Below, piece by piece: positions 45,788-55,238 of a stretch of DNA of 64,000 bases (within the stretch, counting starts at the first letter, position 1; each line of letters starts with the position of its first letter). A model generated the notes under the pieces. That model had not been told where the DNA came from, did no database searches, and saw only the letters and a list, made by a program, of their open reading frames with translations. The position numbers and the translations under genes were made by a program. The stretch is from a virus, in IMG/VR virus record IMGVR_UViG_3300035701_009377, positions 11,408-75,407 of that record; one strand, given 5' to 3'.

Positions 45788-46285
45788 TTAGCTGTCTTGA
45801 AGTTCCATAACGTAGCGAGCGTCAACCATCGACTGCTTCAACCGATCCGTGGGATCAATCTGGCCGAAGTGCAGCACGCGGATGCTGTCGTTGCGCCCGC
45901 TACGCGGGGCCAGACAGCCGATGCTCGCCGATTCATCATCGCCCGGTTCGTCGCCGTACTTGTAGACCGGGATGTTGCAGTCCATCGCCTCCTGGAAGTC
46001 TCCGATGATCTTGAGTATTCCGTAACGGTTCTTGCTCTCTTCCAGGCGGGTGTAGAACAAGACGTTCACGTCCACTTCCAGGCGGAAGTAGTTGTGGCTC
46101 AGTTCCCGGCTAAACGGGCCGCTGATGCGGACCTCGCACCGATCCGTGGCCTTCATCAAAGCGTCCGTGCGCTCGTCCAGCCCTTCCACCAGCACGGGAA
46201 TGCCCGCCTGCTTGGCGACCTCTTTCATGTAGGTCGCCACCGAGGCGAACACCCATCGCGCCCAATTCGGATTCGCGGCCGGCAT
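45788..46285 (-). CDS. Putative tail terminator
   Basis: Size and position; start MPAANP. Confidence 0.55.
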   Translation of the reverse strand: MPAANPNWARWVFASVATYMKEVAKQAGIPVLVEGLDERTDALMKATDRCEVRISGPFSRELSHNYFRLEVDVNVLFYTRLEESKNRYGILKIIGDFQEAMDCNIPVYKYGDEPGDDESASIGCLAPRSGRNDSIRVLHFGQIDPTDRLKQSMVDARYVMELQDS

Positions 46286-46287
46286 GG

Positions 46288-46803
46288 CTACACCTCGCCT
46301 TCGCTCGCGCTGGTCAAGGCAACACTGGTTGCCGCCGACTCCTCCATGATGGAGCCGCCGATTCCCAGTTCCTCCCCGATCAGCGTCTTGCCGACCACGA
46401 TCCATGCGGAGCTGAACTCGTACTCCTCAAAACTCTCGACGGCGTACCGCCGGCCGTCGTAGCCGATCCAGTCGCTCGCGGTGAGCGTGAGGCTCGGGGC
46501 GTCCCGGCGGTCGATGATGAAGAGGCGTTTGCCCGTCTCGAAGCCGCTCCCGCCGGACACCGCCATCTTGTTGGCGGAGATCACGGAGATCGCCTGCTTC
46601 ACTTCCCGCGACACGGTGACGGGCAAGACAACGGCACGCTGGATGCGCACGGCCGTTTTCGTCCTGGTGACTTCACCAGTCTTGGGGTCAGTCGCTACGC
46701 TCTGATTCTGGTAAACAACGATCGCGCCGCCGTACTGCCGCTTCAAGGCGTACAGCACCCGCTGAATCTGGCGGTTCAGGCTGTAGCTCGCAGGGTAAGT
46801 CAT
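46288..46803 (-). CDS. Putative head closure (stopper) protein
   Basis: D.KTG, D.I.YDGRRY.V pattern; position. Confidence 0.6.
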   Translation of the reverse strand: MTYPASYSLNRQIQRVLYALKRQYGGAIVVYQNQSVATDPKTGEVTRTKTAVRIQRAVVLPVTVSREVKQAISVISANKMAVSGGSGFETGKRLFIIDRRDAPSLTLTASDWIGYDGRRYAVESFEEYEFSSAWIVVGKTLIGEELGIGGSIMEESAATSVALTSASEGEV

Positions 46804-46816
46804 GGCGGCACGTTGA

Positions 46817-47071
46817 TTAACGACGGTGGGAACGACCGTCCTGGTCCAAGGTCTTTTCCAGACGCTCCATCATCATGGTGTTCTGGGCGATGACATCCGA
46901 GCAACGCTCCACCAAGGGCAGCAAGACCGTGCGTTGCTCGTCTTCCAGCTTGTCAACGCGATTGCACAAGCGGTTTTCGCGGACCCAGCCCTGCCAAAGG
47001 AAGAAGGCCGTGACCACGATCAAAGGCCCATACTGCTTGAGCAGCGTCACTACATCGGTGAACAAGTCCAT
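46817..47071 (-). CDS. Holin-like membrane protein
   Basis: QYGPL plus a single TM helix and coiled coil; GGAGG RBS. Confidence 0.55.
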   Translation of the reverse strand: MDLFTDVVTLLKQYGPLIVVTAFFLWQGWVRENRLCNRVDKLEDEQRTVLLPLVERCSDVIAQNTMMMERLEKTLDQDGRSHRR

Positions 47072-47103
47072 TGCAGGGCCTCCGCAGGAAAAGGGTGACA
47101 CGA

Positions 47104-47145
47104 GAAAGGCTGCCCGGCCGGGATCGCGCCCGGCCGGGCAAGCCT
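47104..47145 (-). terminator. Hairpin / terminator after the capsid gene
   Basis: GCCCGGCCGGG...CCCGGCCGGGC stem followed by TTTCT on the minus strand. Confidence 0.55.
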
Positions 47146-47157
47146 GTCAGCACACGG

Positions 47158-48555
47158 TTAGCCGAGCATCGGGACGCAGAGGGCCGAGTCGAGCACCGCC
47201 ACACCCGCGAGCACGTCGCAGTTGACGATGGTGCCGCCCGCGTTGATGTCGTACTGCATCAGCACGCGCATCCCGATCCCGTTGAAGTCCTGGACCGCAG
47301 CGGCGACCCCGGCCGTCGGATGGGGCAGGGCCAGGGGCCGAGTCACCAGGGCGATGGCATTCCGATGGAAGGCCAGGTTCATCGTGCCGTAGGGGCCGGG
47401 GAAGGCGGGGTCGTCGTTGGCGACGGCGACCTCCAACGGCCGATCCAGGTACACGGTGCAGCTCGCGCCGGCGTCTTCCGACTCGATCACCGTGTAGGTC
47501 CGGCGGCTACCACCGGTGCCGAAGGCAAGCAACTGGCCGACCTGCGGGGCATGGGCGGCGGTGTAGCCGTCCAGCACGATTCCCTCGCTATAGCCGGCCG
47601 CGTAGCTGGCCGCTGCGGCGCATGCCTTGTAGGCGGTAGCCACGGCGTTGTCCTCGGTGGCGTACTTCAGCGCCTCGTTCAGCTTGAACCAGGCGGCGTT
47701 GGTCGCCGTGCAATAGGTCGGCTGATCGTTGCCGGCGATGACGACGAACTCACCCACGGTGGGAGCCAGGACGGAAGCAAGCTCCGTCCCCGCGGCGGTG
47801 CCCGCGGCATACGGCTCGGTCACAGGATCGGTGTCGCTGTCGGCACCCGAGAGGACGCAGTTGACGTTCTGGTCCATGTAGGTCTCGAAGCCGAGGATGC
47901 GGCCCAGGGTGGCGTTCTGAAGCGCCGTGCCGCCGTCGCCACGCTCGTTGGCCTTGAGGAACAGGTCGGTCTTGAGCATGGCCGTCTCGCTGGTGGGGGC
48001 CATGACCAGGTTCCGGCCGTCCACGGGGCACTTGTTGACGTTCAGTCGCTCGCGGGCCTCAAGCACGTAGTCCTTGGCGTTGCTGGCCGACAGGCCGCCC
48101 AGTTGGCCGACGCGGTTGCTCGGGCCGCCAAGGTAGGCATGGACCCGGCCCAATAGGGCGCGGTCGATGCCCAGGGCAATGCTCTGCATCGCCGGGCGGA
48201 GGTAGATGGTCGTCAACTCCTCGAAGGACTTGCTGCCTTCCCCGTCGCGGATGACGAAGGACTCGTAGAACCACTGGTCCAACGGCACAGGCACGTTGGT
48301 CGCCGTGGCGTCTTGCTGCACCAGGGTGGTGCCGTCCTTCTTCCGGCGAATCTTGAACTCGCCGGGCTTGCGAGTGTTCACCACGTCGCCAAACTTGGCG
48401 ATGGTGTTCTCGAACTCGCGGTTGACGAGGCCCGCCATGACCGTGTTCTGCGAGAGCATGGCCACGCCTGCGGCAGCCCACAACTCGGGGATGAAGGCGT
48501 CCAGGTCGTTCTCGTAGCAGGCGTAACGGACCTGCGCATGATACTTACGAAGCAT
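47158..48555 (-). CDS. Major capsid protein (P22 coat-like, HK97 fold)
   Basis: IPELWA, GDVVN.RKP, G.LGRILGF, NLAFHRNAIALVTRPL, DVL.G; GGAG RBS. Confidence 0.9.
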   Translation of the reverse strand: MLRKYHAQVRYACYENDLDAFIPELWAAAGVAMLSQNTVMAGLVNREFENTIAKFGDVVNTRKPGEFKIRRKKDGTTLVQQDATATNVPVPLDQWFYESFVIRDGEGSKSFEELTTIYLRPAMQSIALGIDRALLGRVHAYLGGPSNRVGQLGGLSASNAKDYVLEARERLNVNKCPVDGRNLVMAPTSETAMLKTDLFLKANERGDGGTALQNATLGRILGFETYMDQNVNCVLSGADSDTDPVTEPYAAGTAAGTELASVLAPTVGEFVVIAGNDQPTYCTATNAAWFKLNEALKYATEDNAVATAYKACAAAASYAAGYSEGIVLDGYTAAHAPQVGQLLAFGTGGSRRTYTVIESEDAGASCTVYLDRPLEVAVANDDPAFPGPYGTMNLAFHRNAIALVTRPLALPHPTAGVAAAVQDFNGIGMRVLMQYDINAGGTIVNCDVLAGVAVLDSALCVPMLG

Positions 48556-48635
48556 CGTTGTTCTCCACTTCACAGGTGTTTCAGTTTGAGTCAGCACGCA
48601 ACAGCGCATGCCTCACGATCCGATCCCCTGGAAGA

Positions 48636-49508
48636 TTAACGGCGGCCAGTGGGCCGAGTCCTCAGAAGCTCAGGGTTCTCCTTTTGGATTTTCAGATATT
48701 GCTGCGGAGTGATCTTCCGCAGGTCAATCTGGCCGTTGCCCGACGTAAGGCCGCCGGTAGCCGAACTCGATCCGATGCCCGACCTGACGCCGGAGCGGAA
48801 CATATTGCCCCAGGTGTCGGGATCGTCTTTCATCTTCTTCACGGCATCCTCGGGCGTGTACGCCTTGGTCTCCATTTCGCCCGTCGTTTGGTTGACGGCC
48901 TGCATCTCGACCATCGGCTTGTACTTGCCGGTAGGCTTGCCGGTCTTCGGGTCCACCTCGGGGACCAACTTGGTCAGTGGGCGGAGTTGGTTGGCAAGCT
49001 GGAAGGGCTGAAACGCCTCATGCTTCGTGGCGGCATCGGTCAGTGCCCGCTCGACCGTCGAATCGCGGTACAGGTTCTCGAAGAAGGAAGCCTTCTCGTT
49101 GGCCTCTTTGAGTTGCACGGCATACTGCTCCTGCAACTGTTTCTTCTCCACGGTAAGCTGTTCTTCCTTGCTGCGCAATTGGCCTTGCACGGTTTCCAAG
49201 TTCTCTTGCAGGGCCTTGCGGTCCTTCTCGGTCAAGGTGTTGCTGTCCAGGGCGGCCTTGAGTTTCGTTTCCATCTCCTGCAACTTGGTCTGATGCTTGC
49301 GGCGGTCCTCAGCCAAGTGTTTGTTCAGGTCGTCCTGCGTGAACATCTTGGCCGCACCGCCGCCGCTGCCGCCACCACCGTCATTGACGCTGCCAGCCGC
49401 GCCGCCACTGGCCGCGCCACCGACTGCTCCACCCGCGCCTCCCACGCCGTCTCCGCCTTCGCCCTCGTAGCAAGCGAACCGCACACCAGCCCAGTACCGC
49501 TTCAACAT
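48636..49508 (-). CDS. Capsid scaffolding protein
   Basis: Gly-rich N-terminus, FTQDDLN, coiled coil, C-terminal helix; directly upstream of the capsid gene. Confidence 0.82.
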   Translation of the reverse strand: MLKRYWAGVRFACYEGEGGDGVGGAGGAVGGAASGGAAGSVNDGGGGSGGGAAKMFTQDDLNKHLAEDRRKHQTKLQEMETKLKAALDSNTLTEKDRKALQENLETVQGQLRSKEEQLTVEKKQLQEQYAVQLKEANEKASFFENLYRDSTVERALTDAATKHEAFQPFQLANQLRPLTKLVPEVDPKTGKPTGKYKPMVEMQAVNQTTGEMETKAYTPEDAVKKMKDDPDTWGNMFRSGVRSGIGSSSATGGLTSGNGQIDLRKITPQQYLKIQKENPELLRTRPTGRR

Positions 49509-49618
49509 TGCTCGTACCTTTCGCCTCTCAAGGTTCAACAGGTTGCTCCCGCCGTTGTGAGTGCCGGCGGGCCTGGCCCGGCTCAAAGGCCGGTCGTGAA
49601 AAGCCAGAGCGACATGCC

Positions 49619-50167
49619 CTAGCTGACTCTTGACAACTTCACGGCATCCCCGTCCCGCAGGAACGGCCGCAACAGCCGCCACGCCACGGAACTGGGGACC
49701 ATGTTGATGATGTGCTCGATGGGGACTTGGTTCCGCGAATAGCCGGTTCGCACTTGCCCGTAGCCCATCGACTCCACAGACAGGTTCTCCAATTCCAGTT
49801 CCGGGTCTTTGCCGTCCAGCAAGGCGTAGGCGATCTCGTAGCACGCCCGGCGGATCGCCTCGGGTATTTCGGTGTCCGCGCCCCGTGGGAACTCCAGCGA
49901 TTGGCTGGCCTCGGCCGCTTGGATGTCGCTCGGGTCCGCCGCCGAGTTGGCGTCCAAGAGCGTGTAAACGCCGTGCTTGTAGCCCTTGAAGTTCAGGCCG
50001 TCGATGATCTGCGTGGCGGCAACGAGCGCCTTCTCCCGGTCGGCATCGCGGGCAGCGGACCAAGCAGTCTCGTGGAGCCGCTGGGCGAAGTAGGCCGTTG
50101 GCTCGGCAGTCCGTTCTGCCGCGGTATCGCCGTCCTGCTTGCCGTAGTAGTCGAAGTTGATCGCCAC
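49619..50167 (-). CDS. Head-tail adaptor (DnaT-like family)
   Basis: EKAL..AT..ID...FKG, Q.LEFPR, IP..IR.AC.E.A. Confidence 0.78.
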   Translation of the reverse strand: MAINFDYYGKQDGDTAAERTAEPTAYFAQRLHETAWSAARDADREKALVAATQIIDGLNFKGYKHGVYTLLDANSAADPSDIQAAEASQSLEFPRGADTEIPEAIRRACYEIAYALLDGKDPELELENLSVESMGYGQVRTGYSRNQVPIEHIINMVPSSVAWRLLRPFLRDGDAVKLSRVS

Positions 50168-50177
50168 TGCTCGCCCC

Positions 50178-50774
50178 CTAACAAGCGATCCACGAGTACC
50201 CTTGGTCCGCCGCGCCACCGACGATGTAAACCTTCGCTAGATCGTCCACGTAGATGGGCGGCGACTGCTGGCCGGCGGACAGGATGAAGCCGTCCTCGGC
50301 GTTGTCGGCACGATTACCGACCATGATGACGTTGCCGTTGGCCCCGTTGGCGCGAAGCATGACGTACTTCTTTACCGGCCAGCCAACTGCGTGGCCGTGC
50401 TCGTTGACCGTCACCGCAACATCATGTCCCTCGCCTTCCAGGTCCACGTCTACCGCCATCATGGCCTCGATCAATTGCCAGCGCAGCGCCCCGGCGAAAT
50501 CCACGGGCCACGGGCCGCCGGCATCGCCGGAGACGGCGACGTTGCCCGCACCGACGACCGCTTCCAGAGCCGCTTGCACGGCTGCCGCCGCAGCGTCGAA
50601 GGCGATGTCTGCCGTCTCGACGCCATCGACGGCCAACTTGAAGTGGCCCGCCGTTGCCGTCACCGTGACCGTTTGCCGGGCACTGGCTGCACCAAGACGC
50701 ACCACCTCCGTGCCCACGGTGCCGCTGCCCGTGCGAAACTCGGCCTGCGATTCACGATCAATGTCAACCAGCAT
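50178..50774 (-). CDS. Virion structural / decoration protein with an inserted domain
   Basis: Beta-rich; shares its internal domain with the major tail protein. Confidence 0.6.
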   Translation of the reverse strand: MLVDIDRESQAEFRTGSGTVGTEVVRLGAASARQTVTVTATAGHFKLAVDGVETADIAFDAAAAAVQAALEAVVGAGNVAVSGDAGGPWPVDFAGALRWQLIEAMMAVDVDLEGEGHDVAVTVNEHGHAVGWPVKKYVMLRANGANGNVIMVGNRADNAEDGFILSAGQQSPPIYVDDLAKVYIVGGAADQGYSWIAC

Positions 50775-50777
50775 GGC

Positions 50778-52580
50778 CTATTCTCCGGTGAACTGGCCCT
50801 TGCCGCGCACGCGCCGGGCCGTGGTGTCTCGTAGGTCGGTATTACGGCTGGCGGCCTTCTCGTCCGTGCCGGCATTAGGATCAGCGGAAAGGTCCGCTAC
50901 GCCGCGGGCCGCCGGGTCGCTGCCTTTCGCCAAGCCGCCGAGGCCCTGCGACTGCGCCATGGCAATCCGCTCGATGCGGGCCAGATGGTCCGCACGGGCC
51001 TTCTGGTACTCGTCGTCATCGAACCCCAGAGCGATGGAGGCGGTCTGCTCGCCTACCAACCCGGCTTCGGCCGCTTGAACAATTGTCAGCGGATCGCTGG
51101 TGGTGAAATGAGCGTTGTCGATTTCCTGGTTGATCTGCTCGATGTTCCCGACACTGATCTTGCCGCCTAGAAGGGCCAGCACGACGCACTTGGCAAGCTC
51201 TCGCTTGATCTTCCGCCCCGGCACCGCCGACATCAGCTTCACCAGGTCTTCGGCCTCCTTCACCCGGTCGGAGTCCGTCTTGAGGCTGTAGCGATCCGGG
51301 TACTTGATCGTCGCCACCTCGCGGCGGGCCTCGCTCCGTTCCTCATAGGCCGCCCAGTGCTCGGCGATCTGCCGCTCGGCGTTTTCCAACACCAATCCGA
51401 TGTAGGACAACCCGGCTTCGAGCCCCTGGTTGTCCATCTGCTTCGACTCTGCCGACACTCGCACCGCCAAGCTCGACACGGCCAGGTTGACCAACTCGCG
51501 GATGTCCCGCTTGATCCGGTCCTGCAATTCCAGGCTCGCCCGCAGCGGCTCGGCCGAGGGATTGATAAAGGCGGGCGCGTTCATCCCTTTGTCGTAGGTC
51601 CGGCCGTGGGTCGCGCCCACTTTGATGTCGGTGTCGGCCGCGCCTTGGCCGCCGGTTGTCGCCGTCCCATCCGCATTGGCCGCTGGCTTCAAATGGGCAC
51701 CGACCGCCCGCAGGTCCTTCTGCTCGATGTAGAACGGGAAGTTGCTCCGCAAGGCGTAATTCACATCGCTCGAACCGAGGTTGAGTAGTGCGACTTGCTG
51801 GGCGCAAACGTCCTTAATCATGCTGTCGCCCAGATCAAGCATGACGAAGGGGATGCGCGTCAATTCCAATTGGTAGGCACCGCTCGGAAGGCCCTCGCGG
51901 TTCACCGGCTTTCCGTCCACGTCGTAGAATTGCAGGCTGACCAGGCCGGTCTTCGGGTCGATCCACAACCGGCGGTAGCGGCTCACGGATCGCGTCGGCA
52001 GCAGGTACTCCTCGTCGTACTGCATCACCGTGTCGCGCAGGAGCACCGATTGGAACTCGCTCGGCTCTTCGGCGTTGCCGCACGACCAGCTCAAAATGTC
52101 CTCGATGTCGTACTTGTAGAGGTACGGCCGCACGTCGCCCGCCTCGGCCAGCGTCAGCGGGGCAGGAACCGCCGGAGCGTCCACGTACACGCCCACGCGG
52201 CCCATGACCAACAGTTCCGTCAGCACCTTGACGCCGAAAAAGGCGTTCATCGTCGAGCCGCGGCGGTCCACGCCCAGGTCCAGCCCGGCCACGGCGTTCT
52301 GGTAGGCTTGGCTCCCCCCACGCCGCGTGATGTCCCGCATCCGCTGGAAGATCGCGTTGCGGATGTCGTTGATGGCCGCCTTGGCGAAGGCCGGGACCGG
52401 GGTGATGTTCTTGCGGGTGATGAAATCCGTGTTGTCTTCCCTGGTGGTGAACCGCTCCAAGTAGGAATCGCGGAACTCCTCACCGCCGGAATAGGTCAGC
52501 CGCCACTTGCCCCAGTCAGTCTGATCGCCCAGGTACGAGGGATGGCGACTGTCGATGATGCGAGGTTTCTGGTCGGCCAT
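50778..52580 (-). CDS. Portal protein
   Basis: 600 aa directly after TerL; HP.Y...W, YL.RF..RE, IPFV. Confidence 0.85.
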   Translation of the reverse strand: MADQKPRIIDSRHPSYLGDQTDWGKWRLTYSGGEEFRDSYLERFTTREDNTDFITRKNITPVPAFAKAAINDIRNAIFQRMRDITRRGGSQAYQNAVAGLDLGVDRRGSTMNAFFGVKVLTELLVMGRVGVYVDAPAVPAPLTLAEAGDVRPYLYKYDIEDILSWSCGNAEEPSEFQSVLLRDTVMQYDEEYLLPTRSVSRYRRLWIDPKTGLVSLQFYDVDGKPVNREGLPSGAYQLELTRIPFVMLDLGDSMIKDVCAQQVALLNLGSSDVNYALRSNFPFYIEQKDLRAVGAHLKPAANADGTATTGGQGAADTDIKVGATHGRTYDKGMNAPAFINPSAEPLRASLELQDRIKRDIRELVNLAVSSLAVRVSAESKQMDNQGLEAGLSYIGLVLENAERQIAEHWAAYEERSEARREVATIKYPDRYSLKTDSDRVKEAEDLVKLMSAVPGRKIKRELAKCVVLALLGGKISVGNIEQINQEIDNAHFTTSDPLTIVQAAEAGLVGEQTASIALGFDDDEYQKARADHLARIERIAMAQSQGLGGLAKGSDPAARGVADLSADPNAGTDEKAASRNTDLRDTTARRVRGKGQFTGE

Positions 52581-52582
52581 CT

Positions 52583-54268
52583 CTAAATCACCTTTTCAAC
52601 GTCTTCGCTACCGCTTGTCGTGGCAGCCAACGACAGGCCGATGTCGGCATAGCAAAGGCTGTGGGCGAAGTGGTCTGCGCCGGTGTTCACGTACTCGGCC
52701 GCCGGGTTGCCCGTGTCGTCCTTCTTATAGGTGCGGACCATGTTTTTCAGGTGTTCGCGGTATTCCATCGAAATGTCGCGGGGGAGATGGATTCGCGTCG
52801 GGTTCGTCTTGAAGCGCCCGAGGGTGCAGTCAAGCCAGTTCGTCCTGTCCACGGTGGCGAACGGGGCACCCGTCTCCTCCTCACTGATCGCCACCTCTTT
52901 GGCCGTTTGCCCTCGCCGGTATCGCGTCAGCCACACGTAGCCGTGAAACTTCTTGGCAAAGCGGCGGGCGTCATTCGTGAATGGATCAGCGTCTACCACG
53001 CAGGCCAGGACTTGCCACTCCCGCATCAATTCGTCCAGGTAGCACCAGCCCGCGTCATTCACACCTGGGAACTTACCGAACCACAACAGCTTGCCGATGG
53101 CCGCCGCATTGATGTCGTCGCCCGGATGTCGGTCGAACAGCCACTCCATGACCGAGACATAGCCGGTGTTCCCCTGGTCCACCCCCATCGTTATCAGGCG
53201 ATGACCGCCTGTCGCCGGCCGCACGTCCTGAGTCGTGTGGCCTCGCAAGGCGGCCTCGATCATCGCGTCGGTGATTTGAGCGCCTTCGCCAATGAACGGC
53301 ACACCCAGCTTGCTGCAATGAAACTCCGTGTTCGCCGCTTCGTCGCCCAACCCGCGGTGATAGGCAATGACCAGTTCGCCGGGCGTCACCGTGGACGAGT
53401 AAAGCTGGTTGATGTAGAAGCCCCGCGACTCTTCCGCCAAGACGTTCGGTTCCGTGACGTGCCAAGTGCCGCCAGCCAGAAACTCCGGCTTCGCCTCGTG
53501 GTCCAGCTTGTGCTTGCACTCCTTACACTTGAGGAACGATTCCTTGCACCGCGGATCATTGACCGACTCACCGATGATCTCGACGCAATCGGGCCAGATG
53601 AGTTCCGTCCATCGGCTGCAATGCGGACACCGGAAGTAAAAGTGCTCCTGGGTGCTGGTCAGGTACAGTTTGTGGACGCCATACTTCGGAACGGTCGGCG
53701 TGGAGATTGCCAGGATGTGCTTCTGGACCTGTCCCGACAGGCGCTCCAACGCCAGCCAGACCGCGTGATTGTCCATCTCGTCCATCTCGTCCAAGACCAA
53801 CTCGGACACCGGGATGGACTTCAAGTTGCTGTCGCCGCGGCTCCCGCGAATGTAAAGGACGTTCTGGCCGGTCGATTTCAGCCCCACGGTGTTCGTATCG
53901 ACGAACAGGTCTTTCAAGTACGGGCTGAGTTTCAGGGCGGTGGCGAAGCGGGCCTTGGAAAAGTCGCTCGCGTTCAAGGTCGTCGGCAGCACATAGAGCA
54001 CGTCCCGCCGCAGCTTGTCGAGCGTGAAGAAGGCCCGGTTGATCCCCGTCTCCGTGACGCCCAACTGGGCGGCCTTCATGGCAATTGTCCAGGCCGCCTT
54101 GCTGTCGTGAATCTCCTTGCACCAAGGGTGTCGTGCGAAACTGTAAGGACCGACGAAGGGCGATCCCATCACGCGGCGACGTTCGGCCCAGCGGCTACAA
54201 GACGTGAGTGTCCTGCTCTCCATGCCGTCCCGAATGGTCTGTCTCAAGTCGTCTGCTAGACTAGGCAT
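52583..54268 (-). CDS. terL: Terminase large subunit (lambda GpA-like)
   Basis: MKAAQLGVTE Walker A variant, LVLDEMD, ISTPT, CxxC pairs, MGVDQG and DHFAH nuclease motifs. Confidence 0.92.
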   Translation of the reverse strand: MPSLADDLRQTIRDGMESRTLTSCSRWAERRRVMGSPFVGPYSFARHPWCKEIHDSKAAWTIAMKAAQLGVTETGINRAFFTLDKLRRDVLYVLPTTLNASDFSKARFATALKLSPYLKDLFVDTNTVGLKSTGQNVLYIRGSRGDSNLKSIPVSELVLDEMDEMDNHAVWLALERLSGQVQKHILAISTPTVPKYGVHKLYLTSTQEHFYFRCPHCSRWTELIWPDCVEIIGESVNDPRCKESFLKCKECKHKLDHEAKPEFLAGGTWHVTEPNVLAEESRGFYINQLYSSTVTPGELVIAYHRGLGDEAANTEFHCSKLGVPFIGEGAQITDAMIEAALRGHTTQDVRPATGGHRLITMGVDQGNTGYVSVMEWLFDRHPGDDINAAAIGKLLWFGKFPGVNDAGWCYLDELMREWQVLACVVDADPFTNDARRFAKKFHGYVWLTRYRRGQTAKEVAISEEETGAPFATVDRTNWLDCTLGRFKTNPTRIHLPRDISMEYREHLKNMVRTYKKDDTGNPAAEYVNTGADHFAHSLCYADIGLSLAATTSGSEDVEKVI

Positions 54269-54277
54269 GATCCAGCA

Positions 54278-54646
54278 TCACGGTAATCGCATCCAAGGAA
54301 ACGAGCGGACGACGACCATAACGTCTTGAGTCCGCACGGTGCTCTTGCCACATGCGTAAACAAAGAACGTCGGCACGCTGGTCACTCCGTACTTCGCCGC
54401 CAAGTCGGGCCGGGCATCAATGTCCACGATCTCAACGTCCACGCCGGCCGCTTGAACTTGGACAAGAACTGACTTGGCCCGCTGGCAGGGAACGCACCAA
54501 GAAGCTGTGAAGGCCAACACCTTGGGGCGGCTGCACGGGCCACAGTTGTTCTCCGGTGGCGCTTCACAGCCGGCGAAGCTCAATGCCAGCGCCATCGCCG
54601 CCAACGGCAACGCTACGTGCATCAGGAAGGTGTTGGTCTTGCGCAT
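54278..54646 (-). CDS. Thioredoxin-family lipoprotein
   Basis: Lipobox FAGC; FTASWCVPC active site; VPT cis-Pro loop. Confidence 0.88.
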   Translation of the reverse strand: MRKTNTFLMHVALPLAAMALALSFAGCEAPPENNCGPCSRPKVLAFTASWCVPCQRAKSVLVQVQAAGVDVEIVDIDARPDLAAKYGVTSVPTFFVYACGKSTVRTQDVMVVVRSFPWMRLP

Positions 54647-54732
54647 CGTCCAATCTCCACGAAGACCGATATGGCCGTCAGCCCCGCGTATGACCGCAGG
54701 GCTGACGACCCAGGATGCTTGTCAATCGGACG

Positions 54733-55158
54733 TTACGACTTGGCCGGAACGGTGGGCTTTGGTGCGTCGGGCGCGGAAGCCTCGGGTTGGGCACCCTCGA
54801 TCTCGGCGATCTTCGCCCTGATATAGGCCAGGCCCTCGGGCGTGGCCAGCTTCTTGGCCAGCACGTTCTCGTAGGTGCCTTCCAGTTCCTTCACGATGGC
54901 ATCGCTGCCTGCGTCAACCACCTTGCAGACATCGTGAATCTTCTCCACCATGTCGTGAACGTCGCCCACGGCGAAGTCTTCGAGCAACTGCGGCAGCAGC
55001 TTGAGGCCGTTGTCACGCAGCACGCCGGCCAACTTCTGCGCGGCCCGTTTCTTCGTCATCAGCTTCTCGTTCGCGCCGAAGAGCCACTTGCCCAGGTCGC
55101 GGCCAACCAGGACGCACACGGCCACTGCCAGAATCCAGATCACAAGAGTCGGGGACAT
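54733..55158 (-). CDS. N-terminally membrane-anchored helical protein
   Basis: One TM helix followed by an amphipathic helical body; GGAG RBS. Confidence 0.7.
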   Translation of the reverse strand: MSPTLVIWILAVAVCVLVGRDLGKWLFGANEKLMTKKRAAQKLAGVLRDNGLKLLPQLLEDFAVGDVHDMVEKIHDVCKVVDAGSDAIVKELEGTYENVLAKKLATPEGLAYIRAKIAEIEGAQPEASAPDAPKPTVPAKS

Positions 55159-55238
55159 CGCTTGTTCTCCACTTGTTTCGAGGTTTGCTGCGTTGCAGCG
55201 GAATGGTCAAACGAGACAGGAACCGGGCAAACGAGACA

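Noticed and set aside
12466-54259. Long opposite-strand ORFs such as 12466-14628, 27665-29125, 39798-41381 and 52661-54259
   Set aside because: Antisense shadows of real genes, expected in high-GC DNA; no recognisable motifs
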